Assembly: GCA_040902555.1 (NCBI GenBank)
Contig: JBBDXC010000001.1
Coordinates: forward strand, 150,662-214,661
Source of the DNA: Dehalococcoidia bacterium
GTDB lineage: Bacteria > Chloroflexota > Dehalococcoidia > WHTO01
Reading direction: 5' to 3'
Length of the DNA: 64,000 nucleotides
Position numbers and translations under genes: made by a program. Of this stretch, positions 17,002 through 28,278 are shown piece by piece. The stretch's first letter is position 1; every line of letters begins with the position of its first letter. The notes below the pieces were generated by a model, which worked only from the letters and a program-made list of their open reading frames with translations, searched no databases and was not told the DNA's origin.

Positions 17002-19563
17002 ATGACTACAACCACGCCCCAGACGGCTCGCCCTGACAAGTACTTTCGGCTCCCCGAGTCGATCCGGCCACAGCGCTACGACGCAAGGCTCGACGTCTAC
17101 GTCGAAGAGCGCCGATTTGAGGGCGATATTGAGATCGCCCTTGAGCTCGGCGAGGGCTCCGGCGACATGCTACGACTGCATTGCGACCGGCTCGAAGTCA
17201 GCACGGTCGAGCTGGATGGCAAGCCGGCCCGCGGTTGGGAGCTCGAAGCGGAAAGCGAGACCCTGCGCATCGAACTCGACGGCGAGGTTTCGCCGGGGCC
17301 CCGCACCTTGCGGATAAGCTACTCCGGGAAGTTCGCCAGCGGGGACATGTTCGGCCTCTACTGGGCCGGCAACATGGCCGCGACGCAGTTCGAGTCGGCC
17401 TTTGCGCGGCGCGTCTTTCCCTGCTTTGACGAGCCCGCCTTCAAGGCGCCCTGGAAGCTGACTCTCAGTGCCGAGCAGCAATACACGATGCTCTCCAACG
17501 GGATCCCTGAGGACGAGCGCCTGGACGAGGCGACCGGCCGCAGGATGATCTCGTTTTCTGAAACGCGTCCCCTCGCCAGCTATCTGATCGCCTTCGGGAT
17601 CGGCGAGATCAAGGGCAGCGAGCCGCTTCAGCTGGGCGAGACGACGGTCCGCACCTGGGGGAGCGGCGACCAGGCGAAGTTCTCCGAGTTCGCCCAGCAG
17701 ATCGGCCACTACTCGTTGGAGCAGGAGGCCGCCTACTTCGACGTCCCCTACCAGTTCGGCAAGCTGGACCAGCTCGCAGTCAGAGACTTCCAGTTTGGAG
17801 CAATGGAGAATGCTGGGCTGGTTATTTATAACGAGGCCGACCTGCTGATCGACGTCGCCAACACGCCCCTCTCCGGACGGAAGCGCGTTGCAGAAGTGAT
17901 CGCGCACGAGAACGCCCACCAGTGGTTTGGCAACTACGTGACGATGCAATGGTGGGACGACCTCTGGCTCAACGAGTCATTCGCCACCTGGATGGCGCTG
18001 AAGATCATGGACGACTGGAAGCCCGAGTGGAAAATCTGGGAGGAGGTCGAGCTCTTCCGGCGCGAGGCCCTGGCCATCGACGCCCTTGACTGCACCCACC
18101 CGATCCGAGCCGAGATGCGCTCGGTGCAGGAGTCCGACGAGCGCTACCGCCAGATCACCTACTACAAGGGCGGGGCCGTCCTCTATATGCTGGAGGCCTT
18201 CCTGACCGAAGAGAAGTTTCGTGACGGGATGCGCGTCTACATGCGTCAGCACCGGGACGGCAACGCCACCGCCCGCGACCTCTGGGACGCGCTCGGGCAC
18301 GCCTCCGGGCAGCCTGTCCGCGAGATAGCCGAGGACTGGATCAACCGCCCGGGATACCCCCTGGTCGAGGTCAGCCTGGAGGGCAAGCAGCTCAAGCTGC
18401 GCCAGGTGCGCTTCAACCTTCACCGTCGCAGCGAAGAGCGGCCGTGGTCGATCCCCATGGTCGTGCGCTTCATCGACGACCGCGGCGAGCGCTTCCAGCG
18501 CTTCCTCTTCTCCGAGCGGGAGGCCACGCAGACCCTCGAGGCCGAGGGCGAGGTACAGCTGCTCTGCGCCAACGCCGCCGCGAGCGGGTTCTACCGCGTC
18601 GCCTATGCCGACGAGCTCAACGCCAAGCTGATGCAGAGGCTGGACGGCCTCAAGCCGGTCGAGCGCATAGCTTACCTCAACGACCTCTGGGCGCTCGCGC
18701 TCTCCGGCGAGCGCAGCGTGACGCCGTTCCTCGAGGCCGTGGCAGGGTTGGGCGACGAGAGCGAGGAGTCGGTGCTGGGCGCGGCCGCCGGCGGGCTCAG
18801 CTACCTCAACTCCAAGGTTTTGGACGACGCCAGCCGGGAGAGCCTGCGCAAGTTCGTGGTCGACCTCTTCGGGCCGGCCTTCCAGCAGATCGGCTGGGAT
18901 CCTGCCCCTGAGGAGGACGAGCCGCCGCGAGTCCGGCGCGCCGAGCTTCTGCGCCTCGTGGGCCTGGTCGGACGTTCGCCCGAGATGGTGGAGGAGGCCG
19001 GTCGCCGCCTCGACGAGCTTTTAGGCGACCAAAAGGGCTCGACGGACACCAATCTCTACGACGCGGTGACGATCATGGCTGCGCGGGCCGGTGACGACGA
19101 CCGCTTCGGCGTACTGGTCAAGGCATCCCAGGATGCGCCCGACCCGCAGGGACGCCGCCGCTTCCGCAACGCTCTGGCCGCCTTCGAAGACCCGGAGCTG
19201 CAGAAGCAGGCCCTAGCCATGACGCTGACCGACGCGGTACCCGGCCCCGACCTGTTCCGCTTCTTCAGCATCGCGCTGGGCAACCCGCGGACGCGGGACG
19301 CCGCCTGGAAGTTCTACTCCGCGAACTGGCCGTCGCTATCTGAGCGGACAGGCGGAGCCACGATGCTTGGCTACCTGATCGAGTTCGTCCAGCCGGTCGG
19401 CCCTGATTACGCCGACGAGGTCACGAGCTTCTTCAAGGCGAATCCGAGCGAGAAGGGCGCCCGCGCGGTCGAGCAGACGCTGGAGGTCCTGCAGGTCGAC
19501 AAAGCTTTTAAGGCCAAAGCGGCGAGTGAGGTCAGCGCCTGGTTCGCCGGGAGGACAGGTTAG
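17002..19563 (+). CDS. pepN: Aminopeptidase N (M1 family zinc metallopeptidase).
   Basis: GAMEN exopeptidase motif (FGAMENAGL) and HEXXH-(18)-E zinc site (HENAHQWFGN…WLNESFA). Confidence 0.9.
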   Translation: MTTTTPQTARPDKYFRLPESIRPQRYDARLDVYVEERRFEGDIEIALELGEGSGDMLRLHCDRLEVSTVELDGKPARGWELEAESETLRIELDGEVSPGPRTLRISYSGKFASGDMFGLYWAGNMAATQFESAFARRVFPCFDEPAFKAPWKLTLSAEQQYTMLSNGIPEDERLDEATGRRMISFSETRPLASYLIAFGIGEIKGSEPLQLGETTVRTWGSGDQAKFSEFAQQIGHYSLEQEAAYFDVPYQFGKLDQLAVRDFQFGAMENAGLVIYNEADLLIDVANTPLSGRKRVAEVIAHENAHQWFGNYVTMQWWDDLWLNESFATWMALKIMDDWKPEWKIWEEVELFRREALAIDALDCTHPIRAEMRSVQESDERYRQITYYKGGAVLYMLEAFLTEEKFRDGMRVYMRQHRDGNATARDLWDALGHASGQPVREIAEDWINRPGYPLVEVSLEGKQLKLRQVRFNLHRRSEERPWSIPMVVRFIDDRGERFQRFLFSEREATQTLEAEGEVQLLCANAAASGFYRVAYADELNAKLMQRLDGLKPVERIAYLNDLWALALSGERSVTPFLEAVAGLGDESEESVLGAAAGGLSYLNSKVLDDASRESLRKFVVDLFGPAFQQIGWDPAPEEDEPPRVRRAELLRLVGLVGRSPEMVEEAGRRLDELLGDQKGSTDTNLYDAVTIMAARAGDDDRFGVLVKASQDAPDPQGRRRFRNALAAFEDPELQKQALAMTLTDAVPGPDLFRFFSIALGNPRTRDAAWKFYSANWPSLSERTGGATMLGYLIEFVQPVGPDYADEVTSFFKANPSEKGARAVEQTLEVLQVDKAFKAKAASEVSAWFAGRTG

Positions 19564-19967
19564 TCAATACGCGCTGAGGCGGTGCCCCGCAGCACCTCAA
19601 CGCCGTCCTGGTTGACCGTTACCACGTCCAGGTCGACTTCGCCATCCCTGACCTCCTTGACGGTCAGCGTGGCGGTCAGGTCGTCGCCGGGCCAGACCTG
19701 GGCCATGAAGCGGACGCCGTACTTGGTCAGCCGGCCGTCGCCTACAAAGTCGGTGATGGCGCGCCCGGTCATACCCATGGTGAGCATGCCGTGGGCGAAG
19801 ACGGAGGGGAACCCCGCCGCCTTGGTGGCGAACGGCTCGTCGCTGTGCAGTGGGTTGTAGTCGCCCGAGGCGCCGGCGTACTGGACGATTTGCGTCCGTC
19901 GCAGGTCCTCGACCAGCTTCTGCTCGTGTGTCTGGCCCGGCTTTAGCTCTGAAGCTTTGAGAGTCAT
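19560..19967 (-). CDS. MaoC-like (R)-specific enoyl-CoA hydratase/dehydratase, HadB-like hot-dog subunit.
   Basis: Hot-dog fold signature …DYNPLHSDEPFA…GFPSVFAHGML…. Confidence 0.75.
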   Translation of the reverse strand: MTLKASELKPGQTHEQKLVEDLRRTQIVQYAGASGDYNPLHSDEPFATKAAGFPSVFAHGMLTMGMTGRAITDFVGDGRLTKYGVRFMAQVWPGDDLTATLTVKEVRDGEVDLDVVTVNQDGVEVLRGTASARID

Positions 19968-19971
19968 GTTC

Positions 19972-20502
19972 TTACCCCTGCTCCGGTGGTTTCTCGGTCT
20001 GCACTCCGACCATGCGGGTCGTTATCGCCAGCTCGCCATTTTGGTCGTAGTACTCGGTGACTGACTCGGAGAACATCAGCTTGCCGCCCCGCCGCCCTTC
20101 CTTCTCCCAGCGCTTCCCCGGCTTGCTGACCGGCGTGAGCACGTCGCCGGGGCCGACGTGGCGGTGGTATTCGAAGTGTTGCTCGGCGTGGAGACCGCGG
20201 CCGACGCCACCCCCGCCACTGCCTTCCTCCCCATCGTCGGAGCTGCGACGTGGCGCCGCGCCGGTCGGGTTCTTGCCCGATCCAAACCACGACTGGCCGA
20301 CCTTCGGCCTCAGGAAATAGTCCGGGTTGAACTGGGCGCTGGCCTGCGCGAACGTCGGTGGGGCGATGATCTTCCCGGGCTCGGCCTTCGCGGCTTCGCC
20401 GGGATCGCTGTAGATGGGGTTGGGGTCGCCGATCGCGCGGGCGAACATCAAGATGTGACTCGCCTCGACCGGGAACGTGTAGCCGTCGCCTTCCATACGC
20501 AC
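19972..20502 (-). CDS. MaoC N-terminal-type hot-dog protein (HadA-like partner subunit).
   Basis: …MFARAIGDPNPIY… hot-dog N-terminal motif. Adjacent to the catalytic MaoC subunit, as in two-subunit dehydratases. Confidence 0.6.
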   Translation of the reverse strand: MRMEGDGYTFPVEASHILMFARAIGDPNPIYSDPGEAAKAEPGKIIAPPTFAQASAQFNPDYFLRPKVGQSWFGSGKNPTGAAPRRSSDDGEEGSGGGGVGRGLHAEQHFEYHRHVGPGDVLTPVSKPGKRWEKEGRRGGKLMFSESVTEYYDQNGELAITTRMVGVQTEKPPEQG

Positions 20503-20562
20503 TCCTTATCCGAGGCAAGAGTATACAACCGCCGCCGGCTCGCCAAAAGGCGCTGGTGAGGG

Positions 20563-21582
20563 CTAGAAGCCCTTGCCGGCGATGAAGGCCGCCAGGTCGG
20601 CGGTGCGGCAGGAATAGCCCCACTCGTTGTCGTACCAGGCGATGACCTTGGCCAGGTTGCCCATCGACATCGTGCTCAGGCTGTCGACGATAGAGCTGTT
20701 GGGGTTGCCCTTGAAGTCGGAGCTGACGAGGGGCTGATCCTCGTACTGCAGGATTCCGCGCAGGGACTCGGTCGCCGCATCACGGAAGGCCTCGTTGATC
20801 TCCTCCACGGTGGCCTCCCGCTCTAGAGTGGCTACGAAGTCACAGACCGAGACAGTAGGGGTTGGCACGCGGAACGCCATCCCATCGAGCCTGCCCTTCA
20901 GCTCGGGCATTACGAGGGTGACCGCGCGGGCTGCCCCGGTCGTCGTCGGTATGATGTTCTGGCCGGCGCCGCGGGCCCGGCGCAGGTCCTTGTGGACGGT
21001 GTCGAGGATGACCTGGTCGTTGGTGTAAGAGTGGATTGTGGTCATGTAGCCGCGCTGTATGCCGAAGGCCTCGTGCATGACCTTGACCACCGGGGCGATG
21101 CAGTTAGTCGTGCAGGAGGCGTTCGAGACGACGTGGTGCTGCGCTGGGTCATACGTGTCGTCGTTAACGCCGAGGACGAAGGTGCCGTCCTCACCCTTGG
21201 CGGGCGCTGAGATGATGACCTTCTTAGCGCCGCCACCGTCGATGTGGGCGCGGGCCTTGTCACCGTCGGTGAAGAAACCGGTCGACTCTACCACCAGCTC
21301 GATACCGAGGTCACTCCAGGGGATCTGAGCGGGGTCGCGCTGGGCAAAGACCCTGATCGCCTTGCCATTGACCACCAGGCCATCGGCTGAGGGCTCCACA
21401 GTGCCGCTGAAAGGGCCGTAGGTGCTGTCCCAGCGGAGAAGGTGGGCGTTGGTCTCGGTGTCGGTCAGGTCGTTGACGGCGACGACCTCGAGGGCATCCG
21501 GGTGCCGCTCGGAGATGGCCTTGAAGACCTGCCGGCCAATGCGGCCGAAACCGTTGATTCCCACCCTCGTTTTGCCCGCCAT
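20563..21582 (-). CDS. gap: Glyceraldehyde-3-phosphate dehydrogenase.
   Basis: [12 protein letters not shown]-binding motif and ASCTTNC catalytic-Cys motif. Confidence 0.95.
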   Translation of the reverse strand: MAGKTRVGINGFGRIGRQVFKAISERHPDALEVVAVNDLTDTETNAHLLRWDSTYGPFSGTVEPSADGLVVNGKAIRVFAQRDPAQIPWSDLGIELVVESTGFFTDGDKARAHIDGGGAKKVIISAPAKGEDGTFVLGVNDDTYDPAQHHVVSNASCTTNCIAPVVKVMHEAFGIQRGYMTTIHSYTNDQVILDTVHKDLRRARGAGQNIIPTTTGAARAVTLVMPELKGRLDGMAFRVPTPTVSVCDFVATLEREATVEEINEAFRDAATESLRGILQYEDQPLVSSDFKGNPNSSIVDSLSTMSMGNLAKVIAWYDNEWGYSCRTADLAAFIAGKGF

Positions 21583-21698
21583 AAACTCCCTCGACTTTCT
21601 GATGAGACGATCTAGGACTGTTAGTCCAAGTCTACGACCGCTCAGATGAAGGGCGGCTTAGGCACATTGTGTGCGCCGAGTCAAGCGATAATCTGGTT

Positions 21699-21845
21699 GT
21701 GAAAGCTTCCGTTTCGTTGCCTGCTGCGCTGCTTAGCCAAGCTGGGGAGGCGGCGAAGGCCCTCGGCATAAGCCGCGACCAGCTCTTTCGCGAAGCGATC
21801 GCCGAATTTCTCATCCGTCACCATCCGGGTTCTGTGACGGCGTGA
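21699..21845 (+). CDS. Ribbon-helix-helix (CopG/Arc-type) antitoxin-like protein, 48 aa.
   Basis: VKASVSLPAALLSQAGEAAKALGISRDQLFREAIAEFL: a beta-strand followed by two helices, the typical RHH pattern. GTG start. Followed after TGATGA by a 30-codon ORF (MNAALTEIDQTPDPWVTEAGRRVLERVEW*) that is too short for a toxin. Confidence 0.45.
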   Translation: MKASVSLPAALLSQAGEAAKALGISRDQLFREAIAEFLIRHHPGSVTA

Positions 21846-21957
21846 TGAATGCGGCCCTGACTGAGATCGACCAGACTCCTGACCCGTGGGTCACAGAGGC
21901 GGGTCGCCGGGTGCTCGAAAGGGTCGAATGGTAGCCGCACGGATCTCCGGACGAACA

Positions 21958-22842
21958 TCAAAGTATGAGCTTCTTGGCGGCTCCGCTTGCGGCACGCCGG
22001 AAATTGAGGACCAGGTAACGGCGCTCGCCGGCCGCCTCGACGGTTTCAATTCGGCAGCGGTTGGGCTGAGCCAGCGTCGCCTGGATCCGCGGCCGCAGGT
22101 CGTCGATTGCCGCGCGCGATTCGGCCGTGACGTTGAATATGTCGTCGGCTATAAGGAGGTAGTGGAGCTGCCGCTCGCACAGCCGTAGCAGCCAGCCGAT
22201 TTCCAGCTCGGCGAACCCGGCGTGGAAGGCCTGGTCGGCGAAGGCGACGAGGATGCGCTGGAGGTTCGACTCGGGCGCCGTGAGAAGGAGCGAGCCCCCA
22301 AAGGGCGTCATCGAGAGGTCGCTGGCCACGCGATAGACCTCTCCGAGCTGCGCATCGCTGGCCAGGATGCCGGCCGCGCGATAGCGGCCCAGATTCAGGT
22401 CGAGCGCCTGGTGCTCGCGGTCCTGCTGCAGGGCGTTGGCCAACCATTGCTCGTAGACGTCCATCTCCGATTCGCGCAGCTGACCCTGGACGCCGATGCA
22501 CTCGGCGGCGGAGCGCACAAGGTGAGGGACCGATGGGTAGCTGCCGCTGGTGAGCAGCGCCATCGCATCACGCATCGCCGCAAACGCCCGCGACCAGAAG
22601 ATGGCGAGCGCGGCAAGTGGCTGGGTTCGGTATCGGGCTGGATGGGAGTCACGCAGCACCTGCAGCTGGACATTCATCGCCTGCTCGAAGAGCTTGAGGT
22701 CGGCGCGCAGTAAGAACCTGGTCTGGCGGTAGGTGTCCTGGATCGTCGGCGACGCGTCGGCCGCCGGCGGGCCGGGTAGACGGTAGTCGTCGGGGAGGAG
22801 AACGGGGGCGACCCTGATCGCGCGTGGGTCGGAAGCCTCCAC
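21958..22842 (-). CDS. Hypothetical protein (about 294 aa).
   Basis: Long ORF with protein-like composition and codon bias. GTG start at 22842 lies 6 nt after the hbd stop. The N-terminal part of ORF 21958..23070 overlaps hbd and is rejected. No family recognised. Confidence 0.4.
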   Translation of the reverse strand: MEASDPRAIRVAPVLLPDDYRLPGPPAADASPTIQDTYRQTRFLLRADLKLFEQAMNVQLQVLRDSHPARYRTQPLAALAIFWSRAFAAMRDAMALLTSGSYPSVPHLVRSAAECIGVQGQLRESEMDVYEQWLANALQQDREHQALDLNLGRYRAAGILASDAQLGEVYRVASDLSMTPFGGSLLLTAPESNLQRILVAFADQAFHAGFAELEIGWLLRLCERQLHYLLIADDIFNVTAESRAAIDDLRPRIQATLAQPNRCRIETVEAAGERRYLVLNFRRAASGAAKKLIL

Positions 22843-22847
22843 GTGGG

Positions 22848-23600
22848 CTACCCCCAGCCTTTGCGGGCCCCCTCGACCATCGCCAGCGGCCCGACCGGCC
22901 AGTTGAAGCCGTAGACCATCGCCTTGTTGATGTCCTCGACCGAGGCGACGCCCTCGTCCATAACCTTCCGCGCCTCGGCCACCGCGGCAAAGTAGATGCG
23001 GTTGCCGACGAAGCCGTAGGAGTTGGGCTGATCCTTGACCCGGATCGGCACCTTCTCGCAAGCCTCGCAAAGGGCGTAGATGGCGTCGACGGCGTCCTGG
23101 GAGGTCTCGGGGCCGTGGATGACCTCGACCATTTTCATGATTGGGGCGGGGCTGAACCAGTGCATGCCGAGGAAGCGGTCGCGGCGCTCGACCGCATCGG
23201 CCAGCTTGGTTATCGAAAAGCCGGATGTGTTGGTGGCGAAGATTGCGTCCTTGCGCACGATGCGCTCGAGCTCCGACCAGACCTTCTTCTTAAGGTCGAA
23301 GTCCTCGGGGACGGCTTCGATGATAAGGTCGACGTCGCGGAGGTCGTCGACGCGGGTGACGAACTTGATGTTGCCGAGGGCGCGATCGGCCTGCTCGCGG
23401 GTTATCTTCTCCCGTTCGACGCCGCCGTCGAGACCATAGCGGCCGCTGGTGATGGTGTCGCGGGTCTTCTGGTTGAGATCGTCGGTGAGGTCCCGACTCA
23501 GAACCTTGTAGCCGTGCAGCGCGAATACCTGGGCGATACCGCCGCCCATCACGCCGCCGCCCATCACGCCGATTGCCTTGATCTCGGGAAGTGAAGCCAT
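22848..23600 (-). CDS. hbd: 3-hydroxyacyl-CoA (3-hydroxybutyryl-CoA) dehydrogenase.
   Basis: N-terminal Rossmann fold IGVMGGG(VMGGG)IAQ and 3HCDH catalytic region (…SNTSGFSITKLA…). Contains a 15-bp tandem duplication; see findings. Confidence 0.85.
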   Translation of the reverse strand: MASLPEIKAIGVMGGGVMGGGIAQVFALHGYKVLSRDLTDDLNQKTRDTITSGRYGLDGGVEREKITREQADRALGNIKFVTRVDDLRDVDLIIEAVPEDFDLKKKVWSELERIVRKDAIFATNTSGFSITKLADAVERRDRFLGMHWFSPAPIMKMVEVIHGPETSQDAVDAIYALCEACEKVPIRVKDQPNSYGFVGNRIYFAAVAEARKVMDEGVASVEDINKAMVYGFNWPVGPLAMVEGARKGWG

Positions 23601-23719
23601 CTAACACGCTCCTGGGGACGATTTTGGGACCCTTACTCTAATCATGCGTGCCGGGGGGCCTGATCGGGCGAGCAGGCCGGGTTCATTGCACCCAACTGTG
23701 TGAGCGATCGTGAGCCCGC

Positions 23720-23929
23720 CTACGGCCGCTCGTGGTCCATATGTCGCATCTCGTCCCAGGAGTCATCGAAGTCCGGGAACTTGCCGGCCAAGTCTATCGC
23801 GCCACGGATCGCCTGCTGCCGCAAAGGTGCGCGGATAGCGGTCTCGACGGCTGCCTCGATCGTCCCGCCCGGACACGCTTGCTTGAGTTGCAACATGAGT
23901 TTGTCAGGAAGATCAATCGTCATCCACAT
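23720..23929 (-). CDS. Small RHH/VapB-like antitoxin-type protein (orphan).
   Basis: MTIDLPDKLMLQLKQ… resembles the 'TIDLPDEL' start of VapB/Rv0623-type antitoxins. No toxin ORF lies in the 119-nt downstream gap. Confidence 0.35.
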   Translation of the reverse strand: MWMTIDLPDKLMLQLKQACPGGTIEAAVETAIRAPLRQQAIRGAIDLAGKFPDFDDSWDEMRHMDHERP

Positions 23930-23974
23930 ACCTTCAGCATGCCTCGTGTCAGCGGACGGGCGAAAGTCTTGATG

Positions 23975-24991
23975 TTAAACAGGCTCGAGGCCCAGGAGGA
24001 TGACGAACCCGGTGCCGTAGGTTTCTTCGCCGATGGGGATGGCGTTGTAGTCTTCGGCGGAGCCCGGCGGGGTCTGCGCTGATACGCCTCCGACTCGACC
24101 ACGGTCGACGCGGGTGAGTAGGCCATCCAACGCTCGGGCTGCTGCCTGCTTGAATTCGTCTTCCAGCAGATGCAGCTGCCACCCACGCAGGAAGGCCAGC
24201 GCGAACATAGCCGAGGCCGAGGTCTCGAGATAGCTGGATGAGTCATCGACCACAGTTGGCCAGAGGCCGGACCTCTTGTCCTGAAGCGCCAACAGCCTCA
24301 TTGACAACTTCTGCAGCAGAGGTCGGTATTGGTCCTCGCCGTTCGCGACAGCGTCCACCAGGGCCAACAGCGCCCATGCGTTGCCGCGCGCCCAGTAGGC
24401 TGGCTCGGCGAGTGGGGCGAAGCCACTTCCTGTAAATCTCGCCGGGCCGTCGTAGCCCTCATCCCAGCAGTGATAGAAGAGGCCGGACCCGGGGTTGTAG
24501 AGGTGCCTCACGTGGCCCTCCAGGTCACGGCTGGCTTCCTCGCGCCAGCGGATCTCGCCCGTCTCGCGGGCGGCGCGGTAGAGCGCCGGCAGCGAGAAGA
24601 ACATGGAATCCACCCAGAGCTGCGGCTGCCCGCCGTGCGTGGCCATCAACCCTTCAGCCGTTTTGGGTGTGCCGCTGGCGATGTGCTCGGCCACCGCCAG
24701 GGCGTACTCGCGATACCTCTTGTCGCCGGTTGTCGCAAACAGGTCCCAGGCGACCATTGGCAGGTGGCCCCAATTCCAGGAGGGTCCGTTGAGGTCGGCG
24801 GCTGCGATCTTCTCGTCGAACCAGGTCCGCGCAACGCCGGTGGCTGTGCCAGCACCGGCTTCTTCGCCTGCGCGATGCAAAGCGTCGATCAGGATGGCAT
24901 CGCCCCAGTGCGGCGCCCTACCGCCGGCCTCCCTGTCCGCAAGGGCACGCGCGACCACCTCGCTAACTACCCCCTTTACGTCGGAGGACAT
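23975..24991 (-). CDS. Glycoside hydrolase family 88/105-like (unsaturated glycuronyl/rhamnogalacturonyl hydrolase fold).
   Basis: (alpha/alpha)6-barrel signature stretches …WNWGHLPMVAWDLF…, …WARGNAWALLAL…, …WDEGY…. Confidence 0.55.
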   Translation of the reverse strand: MSSDVKGVVSEVVARALADREAGGRAPHWGDAILIDALHRAGEEAGAGTATGVARTWFDEKIAAADLNGPSWNWGHLPMVAWDLFATTGDKRYREYALAVAEHIASGTPKTAEGLMATHGGQPQLWVDSMFFSLPALYRAARETGEIRWREEASRDLEGHVRHLYNPGSGLFYHCWDEGYDGPARFTGSGFAPLAEPAYWARGNAWALLALVDAVANGEDQYRPLLQKLSMRLLALQDKRSGLWPTVVDDSSSYLETSASAMFALAFLRGWQLHLLEDEFKQAAARALDGLLTRVDRGRVGGVSAQTPPGSAEDYNAIPIGEETYGTGFVILLGLEPV

Positions 24992-24996
24992 GAAGC

Positions 24997-26797
<1,801 letters not shown>

Positions 26798-26804
26798 GCC
26801 CGGT

Positions 26805-27716
26805 TCAGCCGGCGCGCGGGTGGGTGCGCTCGTACTCGTCCTTCAGACGCTGGTCCGTCAAATGGGTGTAGACCTGCGTCGTCGAGATGTTGGCGTGCCC
26901 CAGAAGCTCCTGCACGTTACGGATGCTGGCGCCGCCGCTCAGCATGTGCGTGGCGAAGCTGTGGCGGAGCGTGTGGGGGGTGACCGGGCTCTTGATCTGG
27001 GCGCTGGCCGCGTAGATCTTGAGAATCAGCCAGAAGCCCTGGCGCGTCAGCCTTTGCCCGCGGCGGTTGACGAATAGCGCCCGCTCGTTACGGTCGCGGA
27101 CCAGGGCGGGCCGCGACTCGGCCAGGTATTTTGCTACCGATTCACCGGCGGAGGAGTCAAAGGGGATGACGCGCTCCTTGGAGCCTTTGCCCAGGCAGCG
27201 CACACGACAGCCGTCGGCGTCGATCTGGACGCTATCGGTGTCGAGCGCCGTGAGCTCCGAGACGCGCATGCCTGTGGTGTAGAGCAGGTCGAGCATCGCT
27301 TTGTCGCGGATAGCCTCGTGCGACCCGCGAAGGAGGGGTTGCTCGAGGAGGTCGTCGATCTCCTGCTTCGTGAGGGCTTTGGGCAGAGTCTTGCCGATCT
27401 TGGGCGAGGCAAGATGCTCGGTCGGATCCTTTTGGACCATGCCCTCGCCTGAGAGGAACTTGTAGAAGGAGCGGATGGCGGCGATTTTGCGCGCGACGCT
27501 GGAGGCCGCATACTTGCGAGACAGCAGGTCGGCCTCGAAATTTCTTACGTCCTCGGGCCGAACCTTGTTCCAGTCACGGGCGTCGGGGGTTGGCACGCTG
27601 CCGTCGAGGAATCGATGCAGTTGATTGAGGTCGTTCTGGTACGCCTGGCGTGTATTCTCCGAGACGCCGTTCTCGAGGACGAGGTAGTCGAGGAACTTCT
27701 GGATCACATGGTCCAA
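26805..27716 (-). CDS. xerD: Tyrosine recombinase XerD-like.
   Basis: Core-binding domain plus catalytic R..H.R.Y set (…HTLRHSFATHML…LLGHANISTTQVYTHL). Confidence 0.85.
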   Translation of the reverse strand: MDHVIQKFLDYLVLENGVSENTRQAYQNDLNQLHRFLDGSVPTPDARDWNKVRPEDVRNFEADLLSRKYAASSVARKIAAIRSFYKFLSGEGMVQKDPTEHLASPKIGKTLPKALTKQEIDDLLEQPLLRGSHEAIRDKAMLDLLYTTGMRVSELTALDTDSVQIDADGCRVRCLGKGSKERVIPFDSSAGESVAKYLAESRPALVRDRNERALFVNRRGQRLTRQGFWLILKIYAASAQIKSPVTPHTLRHSFATHMLSGGASIRNVQELLGHANISTTQVYTHLTDQRLKDEYERTHPRAG

Positions 27717-27802
27717 GGGGGAGACCTCCCGACATAACGCTTTTACCGAATTGTACGTGTGTGAATCCGTCGTTGTCTACATAAAGGCCAAGGAGGAAAC
27801 GA

Positions 27803-28213
27803 ATGCCCGCCATGACGCCAGACCAAAGGGACGAGTTCCTGCGGGCGACGAGGATCGCCAAGCTCGCAACGCTGCGCGACGACGGCGCGCCAAGCGTCGT
27901 GCCGGTCTGGTTCGAGTGGGACGGCGAGCGTGCCAGGGTGTTTTCCTCGGAGGGCACAGGCAAGCTCCAACGGATCAGGCATGACCCCCGCGTGGCATTG
28001 TCGGTTGAGGCGGGGGTTGGAGAGCCCGAAAACTGGGTCACGATCGAGGGCACGGCCGAGGTGCTGGAGCAGGGCGGTTTCGAGCTAGCCAGCCGGCTCG
28101 CCCCTCGCTACTACGGTGCGGAGAAAGCCGCGGCGACGCTCAAGGAGTGGGTAAAGGGCGCCGCCAGCATGCGCCTGATCGAGATCACCCCTAAAAAAAT
28201 TCTCTCCGGATAG
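27803..28213 (+). CDS. PPOX-class (pyridoxamine 5'-phosphate oxidase-like) F420/FMN-binding split-barrel protein.
   Basis: …RIAKLATLRDDGAPSVVPVWFEWDG… signature of PPOX class F420-dependent enzymes. Confidence 0.7.
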   Translation: MPAMTPDQRDEFLRATRIAKLATLRDDGAPSVVPVWFEWDGERARVFSSEGTGKLQRIRHDPRVALSVEAGVGEPENWVTIEGTAEVLEQGGFELASRLAPRYYGAEKAAATLKEWVKGAASMRLIEITPKKILSG

Positions 28214-28278
28214 GGGTCAGAGTTGCTAGAACAGATGTTTTACTTATATCATCTGGTCACAGTAGCTCGGAGGGACAA

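Noticed and set aside
22222-22713. 163-aa plus-strand ORF inside the hypothetical gene 21958..22842.
   Set aside because: Weaker protein-like character than the minus-strand ORF. Likely a shadow.
23732-24082. 116-aa plus-strand ORF spanning the antitoxin-like gene and the GH88/105 gene.
   Set aside because: Antisense to two better-supported minus-strand genes.
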